64,000 nucleotides of DNA from Ferruginibacter sp. (GTDB taxonomy: Bacteria > Bacteroidota > Bacteroidia > Chitinophagales > Chitinophagaceae), in the NCBI GenBank assembly GCA_030655145.1, contig JAURWD010000291.1, positions 1,181 to 65,180 of the forward strand, read 5' to 3'. This document shows, in pieces, positions 28,769 through 38,050 of the stretch. The notes below the pieces were generated by a model. That model was given only the letters and a program-made list of their open reading frames with translations. It made no database searches and had not been told where the DNA came from. Made by a program: the position numbers and the translations under genes. Every line of letters begins with the position of its first letter. Position 1 is the first letter of the stretch.

Positions 28769-31627
28769 ATGTACTCCCGCGCTTTAACTGTGGCATTTTC
28801 TTGCCTCGTATTTATTCTGACCAGCTTTTCCCAAGGCATTCAACCGGGTTTTACAAAACTCCCGGATGGCATCATAGTTAAACTCAAATCTCCAGCGTTT
28901 GAATCAGCACGTATCGTTCGGCTGCAGGTGATCACTGACCACATCATCAGGGTAACTGCCTCGCCGTTGGATACTTTTTCTACGGAGAAAAGCTTGATGA
29001 TCAGCGGCAAAACGAGGAAGGTTGCCACCTGGCGATTAGCAGAAACTGCCAACGAGCTTACCCTCGCGACTGCCGAAATAAAAGCCTCCATCAATAAGCA
29101 AACTGCTGAAATAAGTTTTACGGACAAGACTGGAAAGCCGATCCTGCGGGAAGGAAGCACGGGAGCAAAATCCTTCCGGGAGCACGTGCTCGATGGTAGC
29201 CCATCCTACGAGGTAGCCCAATCTTTCCACTCGCCGGCGGATGAAGCATTTTATGGCCTGGGTCAGCATCAGAATGGGATTATGAATTATAGAAATACCC
29301 AGGTCGACCTCGTAAATTATAATTCTGTTATCGCGATTCCCTTCCTGGTTTCCAGTAAAAACTACGGGATCCTGTGGGACAATTATTCCATCACCAAAGT
29401 TGTTGATACCCGGGAATTCGATCCACTTTCCACGATGAAGTTATTTTCAAAAGAAGGCGACCAGGGTTGGTTGACAGCCAGCTACACCGACAGGAAAGAT
29501 GCGACAAAAATTATTTCGCGGGCAGAGTCCTTTATTGAGTACAATGATATTCCCGCGCTTAAAGACCTACCCAAAGGCGTGAACCTAAATGACGTGAATG
29601 TTACCTGGGAAGGAGCCATTGCCACCGATTTTACCGGCCTCCATACGTTATATTTAAAAGCTGCCGGATATGTGAAATTATGGATCGGTGATTCGCTCGT
29701 AGCAGATAAATGGCGCCAGTCATGGAATACGGGAACCGTGCTTGCCCAGGTATATTTGAAAAAAGGTGAGCAAAAGAAATTACGCATGGAATGGAACCCC
29801 GACGGGGGTGAATCATACATTTCTTTAAAATGGATGAGCCCCTTGCGGGATGCACAAAAAAACCGGGTCGGCTTCAAATCAGAGGCTGGTAATCAACTGG
29901 ATTATTATTTTGTTTATGGACAGAATCTTGATGAGGTTATAGCCGGCTACCGCGAGCTAACCGGTAAGGCTACCATGTTACCAAAGTGGGCATTTGGCTT
30001 TTGGCAAAGCCGTGAACGCTATAAAACACAGGATGAGATTCTCTCGACCGTGCGTGAATTTCGCAAGCGAAAAATTCCACTCGATAACATCGTGGAGGAC
30101 TGGAGTTATTGGGAGCAGGATAAATGGGGAAGCCAGGATTTTGACGTCAAGCGATTTCCAGATGTGGCTGGCATGATCAAAACTTTACACGAGGAATACA
30201 ACACTCAATTCATGATTTCAGTATGGCCAAAATTTTATGAGGGAATTGAAATTTTTAAAACATTCAATGACAGTGGCTGGCTCTACAAACGGAATATCGT
30301 GAATGCCAATCGTGATTGGATCGGGAAGGGTTATACTTCCAGTTTTTACGATGCCTTTAATGCGAATGCACGCAAAGGCTTTTGGAATTTGTTGAATAAT
30401 AAGTTGTATTCAAAAGGTGTGGACGCCTGGTGGCTGGATGCGACGGAGCCCGACATTCATAGCAACTTATCAGTAGCACAACGCAAAGAGTTGATGGGGC
30501 CAACAGCTATTGGCCCTGCAGCAAAATATTTCAATGCATTTGCCCTGCAGAATGCAAAAGGAATTTATGAAGGACAACGCGAAACCAATCCTGCAAAAAG
30601 GGTGTTCATCCTCACAAGATCTGCCTATGCCGGTTTGCAACGGTACGCTGCCGCCACCTGGAGTGGAGACATTGGTTCGCGGTGGGAAGATTTTAAGAAC
30701 CAGATTCCGGCTGGCTTAAATTATTCGCTTTCAGGATTGCCTTACTGGACGACAGATATCGGTGGCTTTTCAGTTGAGAAGAGGTATGAAGATGCCAAAG
30801 GTGAAGTGCTGGAAGAGTGGAGAGAGCAGATGACGAGGTGGTACCAGTTTGGCGCTTTTTGTCCCTTATTTCGCGTGCATGGCCAATACCCGTTCCGTGA
30901 AATTTATAACACAGCACCGGAAGATCATGAGGCCTACAAAAGCATGTTGTATTACAACAAACTTCGCTACCGCCTTATGCCTTACATCTATTCCGTAGCC
31001 GGCGAAGTTTATCACCATGACTACACCATGATGCGGGCATTGGCTATGGATTTCCCTACCGATCTACTGGTTAAGAACCTTGCTGACCAATATCTATTTG
31101 GTCCCTCGATATTAGTAGCACCCGTAACCGATTATCGGGCCCGTAGCCGGCGGGTTTACCTGCCGGCAAACAATGGTTGGTACGATGTGTACGACGGAAA
31201 ATTTTTACGTGGTGGTCAAACAATTACTGCAGACGCACCCCTTATGAAAATGCCACTCTTTATCAGGGAAGGTTCTATTGTGCCCGTTGGGCCCGAACTC
31301 CAGTACACTGCAGAGAAATCCGCGGACACGATCACCCTTTATGTTTACGGAGGCAAGGATGCCAGCTTCACCTTATATGAAGATGAGGCCACCAATTACA
31401 ACTACGAAAAAGGGCAGTTCGCAACCATCGATTTCAAGTATAACGCTGCCGCACAAACGCTGACCGCGGAGGACCGCAAGGGCAACTTCGCCGGTATGCT
31501 GAAAACCCGCCTGTTTAACATTGTTTACATCACCAACGCTTCGCCGCAGGCTTTCGAGCCGGGTAAAAACGTCCCGGTCAAATCAATGCAATACATTGGC
31601 AGGAAAATAACTGTTGGCTTGAAATAG
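28769..31627 (+). CDS. GH31 glycoside hydrolase with PA14 insert (alpha-xylosidase-like)
   Basis: A signal peptide is present. The GH31 nucleophile region is visible (KGVDAWWLDATEP) along with the downstream WSGDI motif. A PA14-like insert is present (TGLHTLYLKAAGYVKLWIGDSLV). Confidence 0.9.
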   Translation: MYSRALTVAFSCLVFILTSFSQGIQPGFTKLPDGIIVKLKSPAFESARIVRLQVITDHIIRVTASPLDTFSTEKSLMISGKTRKVATWRLAETANELTLATAEIKASINKQTAEISFTDKTGKPILREGSTGAKSFREHVLDGSPSYEVAQSFHSPADEAFYGLGQHQNGIMNYRNTQVDLVNYNSVIAIPFLVSSKNYGILWDNYSITKVVDTREFDPLSTMKLFSKEGDQGWLTASYTDRKDATKIISRAESFIEYNDIPALKDLPKGVNLNDVNVTWEGAIATDFTGLHTLYLKAAGYVKLWIGDSLVADKWRQSWNTGTVLAQVYLKKGEQKKLRMEWNPDGGESYISLKWMSPLRDAQKNRVGFKSEAGNQLDYYFVYGQNLDEVIAGYRELTGKATMLPKWAFGFWQSRERYKTQDEILSTVREFRKRKIPLDNIVEDWSYWEQDKWGSQDFDVKRFPDVAGMIKTLHEEYNTQFMISVWPKFYEGIEIFKTFNDSGWLYKRNIVNANRDWIGKGYTSSFYDAFNANARKGFWNLLNNKLYSKGVDAWWLDATEPDIHSNLSVAQRKELMGPTAIGPAAKYFNAFALQNAKGIYEGQRETNPAKRVFILTRSAYAGLQRYAAATWSGDIGSRWEDFKNQIPAGLNYSLSGLPYWTTDIGGFSVEKRYEDAKGEVLEEWREQMTRWYQFGAFCPLFRVHGQYPFREIYNTAPEDHEAYKSMLYYNKLRYRLMPYIYSVAGEVYHHDYTMMRALAMDFPTDLLVKNLADQYLFGPSILVAPVTDYRARSRRVYLPANNGWYDVYDGKFLRGGQTITADAPLMKMPLFIREGSIVPVGPELQYTAEKSADTITLYVYGGKDASFTLYEDEATNYNYEKGQFATIDFKYNAAAQTLTAEDRKGNFAGMLKTRLFNIVYITNASPQAFEPGKNVPVKSMQYIGRKITVGLK

Positions 31628-31705
31628 TCATTCCGGTTTAGAAAACAATCGTCATTTTCATCACGGCGAAAACGTTACCAGGTCTTTTCTGTCATACTTT
31701 AAAAT

Positions 31706-34171
31706 ATGCGTACAATACATTTTGCTGGAATCTTCCTGCTGTTGATCCTTACCAACAGAGCCGCCGCCCACCCTGGTCCAAGAACAGAGATTAATTTTAA
31801 CTCCGACTGGAAATTCCGATTGGATAGTGTGCGGGATTATAGCAAACTAACCGCGTCCGTTCCCGGCTGGAGAAGTTTAAACGTACCGCATGACTGGAGC
31901 ATTGAAATGCCCTTCGATTCAACAAGTCCAACAGGCACCGGTGGCGGGGCGTTACGAGGCGGCCTTGGCTGGTACACCAAGGAATTTACGCTGCCCCTGG
32001 CAGACCAGGGAAAGAAAGTCTCCATCCATTTCGACGGCGTTTATTGTCGTAGTTCAGTATGGCTTAACGGGCAGTTACTTGGCTACCGTCCCAACGGTTA
32101 TGTCTCTTTCAGTTACGACCTTACGCCCTTTCTTCGTTTTGGTAAAAAGAATTTAATCGTTGTGAAGGTCAATAACAACGAGCAGCCAAACAGCCGCTGG
32201 TATAGCGGCAGCGGCATTTACCGAAAAGTATGGCTACAGAAAACTTCCCAGACTGCGGTGGCGGAATGGGGCAGCTATATTACCAGCAACAGTATAAGTA
32301 AAGCGGAAACCAGGGTAAACATTCGTACAACACTTACGGGTGCACGAAATTTATCTGCATACGTTTTGAAAGTACTCATTTACGATGCAGCCGGTAAACA
32401 GGTATCTACTTCACTTAAATCCGTTACCGATTCTCGTCCCGGGCCAAGAGCGCAACAAGCTGCGGCTGCGAAAGAACAGCTACAACCCGAAGAAGAAATT
32501 CACCAGGCTGCCACCATCATGAACCCGCGTTTGTGGAGCACAACAGATCCACATTTGTACAAAGCTGTTACGCAGATCCAATCTGGCAATACACTCATCG
32601 ACGAGTATGTAACGATGTTCGGTATACGCAGTTTTAATTTTGATGTCGACAACGGATTTTTTCTCAATGGAAAGCCGCTTAAGATCCGCGGCGTGTGTAA
32701 TCACCATGACCTTGGTAGTCTCGGTACGGCGTTCAATCACCGGGCAGCAGAACGGCAGCTAGAAATATTGAAGGCAATGGGATGCAATGGGATTCGTACG
32801 GCGCACAACCCGCCGGCCCCTGGGCTACTGGACCTGTGTGACAAGATGGGATTCATTGTAATGAACGAAGCCTTCGACATGTGGGAAAAAAGTAAAAACC
32901 GATCCGACTATTCCCTGGAATTTAAACAATGGCATAAACGTGATCTTGAAGACCAGGTGAAGCGAGATCGCAATCATGCTTCCGTATTTATGTGGAGTGT
33001 CGGAAATGAGGTGGGCGAACAATGGGGTGATTCAACAGACGGAACGGCGAAGCGAATTATTACAGACCTGGTTGAGATTGTGAAACAACTCGATAGTTCC
33101 CGCTTAACCGTGACTGCCAATAATGAAGTAAATCCTACCTCCCGGTTATTGCGTGCAGGCATGACTGATATGGTCGGTTACAATTATAATCATCGGCAGT
33201 GGGAGGGTGCTCTCAGCAGGTGGGGCCGTAAGCCATTTATTGTAACCGAGTCAGTGTCTGCCCTGCAAACCCGCGGTCATTACGATATGCCGAGCGATAG
33301 TATGCGGTTGTGGCCCACCAGGTGGGATATTCCTTTGACCACGGGCAACCCAGACCTTACTTGCTCCGCTTATGAGAATTGTTACACGCCCTGGGGTAGT
33401 AGTCACGAACAAGCTCTGCAGGTTTTCGAAAAAATGAAACACGTTTCCGGCATGTATGTCTGGACTGGTTTCGATTATCTTGGTGAGCCGACGCCATATC
33501 CCTGGCCCGCCCGGAGCAGTTATTTCGGTATCATCGACCTGGCGGGATTTCCAAAAGACGCCTATTACCTCTATCAAAGTGTTTGGACCAGCAAGCCTGT
33601 ACTACATATTTTTCCTCATTGGAATTGGACGCCGGGAAAGGCCGTTGATGTTTGGGCTTACTACAATAATGCGGATGAAGTAGAACTGTTTTTGAATGGT
33701 AAATCCCTTGGGACCAAATCTAAAAAAGGTGATGAGCTGCATATTTCCTGGCGGGTAAATTTTGAACCTGGAACCATAAAGGCGATCTCCAGGAAAAGAG
33801 GGAAAATAGTTTTAGAAAAAGAGATCAGCACGGCAGGTAAAGCTGCAAAAATTATGTTGACTGCGGATAGAAGCCTCATCAGTAACGGAGGTGATGATCT
33901 GTCGTTTATCACGGCGAAAATTGTTGACGCAAACGGTGTAATGGTGCCGGATGCAACAAACCAGGTTACGTTTAAAATAACAGGTAGCGGCACCCTGGCA
34001 GCGACAGATAATGGAAGCCAGACCAGCCTCGAAAGTTTTCAATCTCCCAAACGAAAAGCATTTAATGGTATGTGCCTCGCAATTGTACGAGGTTCGGGGG
34101 CCGGGGAAATAAGCGTTACCGCGAGTGCGAATGGGGTAACAAGCGCAGCACTTCAAATAACTGTGGAGTAA
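31706..34171 (+). CDS. GH2 glycoside hydrolase (beta-galactosidase-like)
   Basis: A signal peptide and the GH2 sugar-binding N-domain are present. The acid/base region is visible (NHASVFMWSVGNE), and Ig-like domains follow at the C-terminus. Confidence 0.9.
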   Translation: MRTIHFAGIFLLLILTNRAAAHPGPRTEINFNSDWKFRLDSVRDYSKLTASVPGWRSLNVPHDWSIEMPFDSTSPTGTGGGALRGGLGWYTKEFTLPLADQGKKVSIHFDGVYCRSSVWLNGQLLGYRPNGYVSFSYDLTPFLRFGKKNLIVVKVNNNEQPNSRWYSGSGIYRKVWLQKTSQTAVAEWGSYITSNSISKAETRVNIRTTLTGARNLSAYVLKVLIYDAAGKQVSTSLKSVTDSRPGPRAQQAAAAKEQLQPEEEIHQAATIMNPRLWSTTDPHLYKAVTQIQSGNTLIDEYVTMFGIRSFNFDVDNGFFLNGKPLKIRGVCNHHDLGSLGTAFNHRAAERQLEILKAMGCNGIRTAHNPPAPGLLDLCDKMGFIVMNEAFDMWEKSKNRSDYSLEFKQWHKRDLEDQVKRDRNHASVFMWSVGNEVGEQWGDSTDGTAKRIITDLVEIVKQLDSSRLTVTANNEVNPTSRLLRAGMTDMVGYNYNHRQWEGALSRWGRKPFIVTESVSALQTRGHYDMPSDSMRLWPTRWDIPLTTGNPDLTCSAYENCYTPWGSSHEQALQVFEKMKHVSGMYVWTGFDYLGEPTPYPWPARSSYFGIIDLAGFPKDAYYLYQSVWTSKPVLHIFPHWNWTPGKAVDVWAYYNNADEVELFLNGKSLGTKSKKGDELHISWRVNFEPGTIKAISRKRGKIVLEKEISTAGKAAKIMLTADRSLISNGGDDLSFITAKIVDANGVMVPDATNQVTFKITGSGTLAATDNGSQTSLESFQSPKRKAFNGMCLAIVRGSGAGEISVTASANGVTSAALQITVE

Positions 34172-34287
34172 ACAAACACTGTTAATTTTCATTTGTACTT
34201 TAATATCCTTTTATGATGGCTTTTTTGCAAAGCCACGATTGCTGTCCTTTTCTCCATAGTTTTAGCAGCAATAACGCTGCTGAAAAA

Positions 34288-36063
34288 ATGAACACGAATT
34301 TCTTGCTTACCAAAATCTCTTTCGTTGTATGTTTCTTGCTACCTGCATTCATTGCACCAGCACAGAATACGCCGGCGGCAATCCAGGTGAACCAGGTTGG
34401 CTTTTACCCAAACGCTCCCAAAGTTGCAGTCGTTACGGTTAAGGCTACCTCGCCCGACTTTTTTGTGATCGGGTGGCAGTCGAAGGACACCGTTTTACGG
34501 GGTAAACTTAGTGAGAAGATCCAATCAGCAAATTCTTCCATCATCACTCGCATTGCCGATTTCAGTTCCTTAAAAAAGACCGGCACCTACCAGGTGGCAA
34601 TACCCGGGTCGCATTCTTCATATCCCTTTGTGATCAAGGAAAAAGTTTTGGCAGAGGTCGCCATTGCGGTGCTCAAAAGTTACTATTTCCAGCGCGTCTC
34701 CATGCCGCTCGATGAAGAGTATGCCGGTAAATGGAAGCGCCCTGCCGGGCACCCGGACACGGCGGTACTCATTCATCCGTCAGCGGTTTCGGAGAAGCGT
34801 CCAGCCGGCACTGTTATCTCCAGCCCAGGCGGGTGGTACGACGCAGGAGATTATAATAAATACATTGTGAACTCAGGTATTACAATGGCCACAATGTTTG
34901 CTGCCTACGAAGACTACGAAGTGTATTATCGTCAACTCAAAACCGGCATACCAGGATCGAACAACAGGCTGCCTGATATCCTTGATGAGTTGCTTGTGAA
35001 CTTACGCTGGATGCTCACGATGCAGGATCCGGCTGATGGCGGCGTATACAATAAATGCACGAACGCCAGCTTCGACGGAATGGTGATGCCCGGGGTAACA
35101 ACCGCTCCTCGCTACCTGGTGCAGAAAGGAACGGCAGCTACCCTGGATTTTGCTGCAGTAACAGCACAAGCCGCCCGAATATTTAGCCAGTTCAAATCGC
35201 AATTGCCCGGTTTCTCCGATAGTTGTCTGCAGGCAGCAACCTCCGCCTGGCGCTGGGCGGAAGCAAACCCCGCAATGCAGTACGACCAGGAAGCGATCAA
35301 TAAGAAATATCAGCCTCAAATATCTACCGGAGGCTATGGAGATCGGAATTACGACGATGAATTCTTTTTAGCGTCATGTGAACTGTTTGTAACGACAAAG
35401 GATACACGCTACCTGTCTCTCCTTAAACAGCAACTTAACCGGCCCATTCGCATACCATCCTGGAACCAGGTTGCGCTTCCTGGTCTTTACACCCTCCTAC
35501 GGCTGAAACCCCACATGGATGCTGAAACAAGCGCCCTTTTAAAAGATGTTCAAAAGCGTTTGCTCGCGTTTGCAGATACACTCGCAAATGGGGTCAACGG
35601 AAATGCTTTCCGCACCGTTATGGGGCGTTCAAGTTCAGATTTTAATTGGGGGAGTAATTCTAACGCGGCTAACCAGGGTGTATTACTGATCAATGCCTTC
35701 CTGCTTTCCAACAATAAAAAATACATGGATGCTGCACTTTCAAATATTGACTACATCCTGGGAAGAAACGCTACGGGTTATTGTTTTGTCACGGGAATTG
35801 GCACCAGGTCACCAATGAATCCGCATCATCGTCCATCCGTAGCTGATAGTATCACTGAACCTGTGCCCGGTTTCGTCGTTGGCGGTCCTAACCCGGGTCA
35901 ACAGGATAAATGCACCTACGCTTTCAAAGAACCGGAAACGAGTTATACCGATGTTGCCTGTTCGTATGCTTCTAACGAAATCGCCATCAACTGGAATGCC
36001 CCCCTGGTGTATCTCCTCAATGCTTTCGAAGCTTTACAAAGTAAAGTGGGCTATTCAAAATAA
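34288..36063 (+). CDS. GH9 endo-beta-1,4-glucanase with N-terminal Ig-like domain
   Basis: GH9 signatures are present (GGWYDAGDYNKY, HHRPS, YASNEIAINWNAPLV). The start is set at the ATG at 34288, which precedes a signal peptide. Confidence 0.88.
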   Translation: MNTNFLLTKISFVVCFLLPAFIAPAQNTPAAIQVNQVGFYPNAPKVAVVTVKATSPDFFVIGWQSKDTVLRGKLSEKIQSANSSIITRIADFSSLKKTGTYQVAIPGSHSSYPFVIKEKVLAEVAIAVLKSYYFQRVSMPLDEEYAGKWKRPAGHPDTAVLIHPSAVSEKRPAGTVISSPGGWYDAGDYNKYIVNSGITMATMFAAYEDYEVYYRQLKTGIPGSNNRLPDILDELLVNLRWMLTMQDPADGGVYNKCTNASFDGMVMPGVTTAPRYLVQKGTAATLDFAAVTAQAARIFSQFKSQLPGFSDSCLQAATSAWRWAEANPAMQYDQEAINKKYQPQISTGGYGDRNYDDEFFLASCELFVTTKDTRYLSLLKQQLNRPIRIPSWNQVALPGLYTLLRLKPHMDAETSALLKDVQKRLLAFADTLANGVNGNAFRTVMGRSSSDFNWGSNSNAANQGVLLINAFLLSNNKKYMDAALSNIDYILGRNATGYCFVTGIGTRSPMNPHHRPSVADSITEPVPGFVVGGPNPGQQDKCTYAFKEPETSYTDVACSYASNEIAINWNAPLVYLLNAFEALQSKVGYSK

Positions 36064-36121
36064 CCTGCATGCTGAATTTTTCTTCCTAACCCCCTTCTCA
36101 ATTTTTTATCAATTAATAGCT

Positions 36122-37870
36122 ATGAATTTATTTCTTCGTACCCCATTCAAATTGCTTCTTTTATTGATGTTGGTCACCGTAACATCCTGCAAAAAGAAGT
36201 CACCTGCACCTGAACCACCGCCTGTTGTGCCGCCGCCTGTAGTCGTGCCTCCAATCGTTACACCTGTTGATCCCGCGATCGCAAACACCATCGGATTTTT
36301 CCTGGATGACTGGCAACCGCGGAGCTTTACAAAACCAGCTTTCACCGAAGCAACGCCTTCAGCTACTGCATCAACAACCGTTACGGTAGATGCTGCGTCG
36401 GTCATCACTAAAATACCGCTCTCACAATTTGGCCAGAACGGGGTTTGGTGGATGGGGCCAACGATCACGGAGCCGGTGGCAGTAACCCATATCACCAACC
36501 TGCACCCGCATATCATTCGCTTCCCCGGGGGAAGTTCCAGTGATGTTTATTTCTGGAATGCACAGCAGGATCAGCGTCCTGCCGATGTACCCGCTAAGAT
36601 CTGGGACAAGGATGGAGCCGACAAAGATCCATCGTATATGTCAGGCAAAACAACCTTGAACTGGCAATGCTCGCTGGATAATTATTACAGCCTGTTACAA
36701 CAAACAAATAACCAGGGAATTGTTACGGTGAATTTTGGATACTCACGGTACGGCACAAGCGCAGATCCAGTCGCGGCTGCTGCGCACCTCGCCGCTGATT
36801 GGGTTCGGTACGACAATGGAAGAACCCGTTACTGGGAAATCGGCAACGAAAATTACGGCGACTGGGAGTGGGGGTATCGCATTAATCCCGCACTGAACAA
36901 AGACCGACAACCTGAATATCTAACCGGCGCCCAGTATGCAAAACATTTTAAGGTAATGGCCGACTCCATGAAGAAGGCCGCCACAGAATTGGGTAAAACC
37001 ATTTACATCGGCGCCGTTACCGTCGAGGCTGCACCTGAAGCCTGGCAAACCAACACCGTGAAAACATGGAACTCTGGTATGATGCCGGCCCTCAATACAA
37101 CGACTGACTTCTACGTCGTGCACAACTATTTTACAGCATACGATCAAAATTCAAATGCCGCTCATGTGTTAACAGCGGCACTTACCGTTCCCGGTCAAAT
37201 GATGAGTTATGTTCAGCAAACACTGCAGGCAAACGGTGCCGCGATTAAGCCGGTGGTGATGGATGAATGGAATATGTGGGCAAAGGATTCCAAACAACAG
37301 GTTTCAAATACCAGTGGCGTTTTTGCATTATTGGTAATGGGCGAAGCTTTAAAAAATAAGTATGGCATGTCTGCCCGCTGGGACCTGATGAATGGCTGGG
37401 CAAATGGGAATGATCATGGGATGTTCAGTTCCGGCGACGAGCCGGGAGTAACCAAATGGAGTCCACGTCCTTCTTTCCATTACATGTATTATTTTCAAAA
37501 ATTACTGGGTGACCGTATGGTGGCGACTTCCCTCGTTGGTAGCAGCGATATCAAGGCTTATGCCTCCACTTACACATCCGGTGAGGCTAATGCAACGCTG
37601 ATCAATGTAGGTGCAGCAGCGCAGACAGTAGAATTAAAATTCACCAACTTTGCCCCCGGCTCGCGCTATTATTGGTACAGCCTGGAGGGAAGTAATGACA
37701 ATGGTGAATTTTCAAGAAAGGTGATCGTGAACGGCGCCGGACCTTCCGGTGAAGCAGGCGGGCCATCCAATTACGCAACGCTGGCCGCAAGATCCGCATT
37801 GGTTTCAAGCGGAATGAAGATCAGTGTTCCGGCAAGAGGTACGGTGATCGTGGTTGTTGAAAAAAAGTAA
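36122..37870 (+). CDS. Lipoprotein glycoside hydrolase, clan GH-A TIM barrel (GH51/GH39-like, arabinofuranosidase-like)
   Basis: A lipobox (LVTVTSCKK) is followed by a Pro-rich linker (PAPEPPPVVPPPVVVPPIVTP). The acid/base motif is YWEIGNENYG and the nucleophile-like motif is VVMDEWNMW. The family assignment is approximate. Confidence 0.75.
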   Translation: MNLFLRTPFKLLLLLMLVTVTSCKKKSPAPEPPPVVPPPVVVPPIVTPVDPAIANTIGFFLDDWQPRSFTKPAFTEATPSATASTTVTVDAASVITKIPLSQFGQNGVWWMGPTITEPVAVTHITNLHPHIIRFPGGSSSDVYFWNAQQDQRPADVPAKIWDKDGADKDPSYMSGKTTLNWQCSLDNYYSLLQQTNNQGIVTVNFGYSRYGTSADPVAAAAHLAADWVRYDNGRTRYWEIGNENYGDWEWGYRINPALNKDRQPEYLTGAQYAKHFKVMADSMKKAATELGKTIYIGAVTVEAAPEAWQTNTVKTWNSGMMPALNTTTDFYVVHNYFTAYDQNSNAAHVLTAALTVPGQMMSYVQQTLQANGAAIKPVVMDEWNMWAKDSKQQVSNTSGVFALLVMGEALKNKYGMSARWDLMNGWANGNDHGMFSSGDEPGVTKWSPRPSFHYMYYFQKLLGDRMVATSLVGSSDIKAYASTYTSGEANATLINVGAAAQTVELKFTNFAPGSRYYWYSLEGSNDNGEFSRKVIVNGAGPSGEAGGPSNYATLAARSALVSSGMKISVPARGTVIVVVEKK

Positions 37871-38050
37871 CATTGATCGCCTTTGCTAATTTCAGTTCAA
37901 CGGCCGGATATTAAATGTTAGATTTTTAATTTCGACGTCCCCATTTCGATTTTTTGTTCATGTGAATTTTAAAGCACATTTGCCAAGAAATTCGGACCAG
38001 CCCCTATATTTCATAACTAAGAACCATGCCTTGTTAATTTTATATTCTTC

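Noticed and set aside
35879-36121. I considered the 81-codon N-terminal extension of the 663-aa ORF, which overlaps the end of the GH9 gene.
   Set aside because: The extension lies out of frame over the well-supported GH9 C-terminus. The ATG at 36122 is immediately followed by a canonical lipoprotein signal (LLLLMLVTVTSC).
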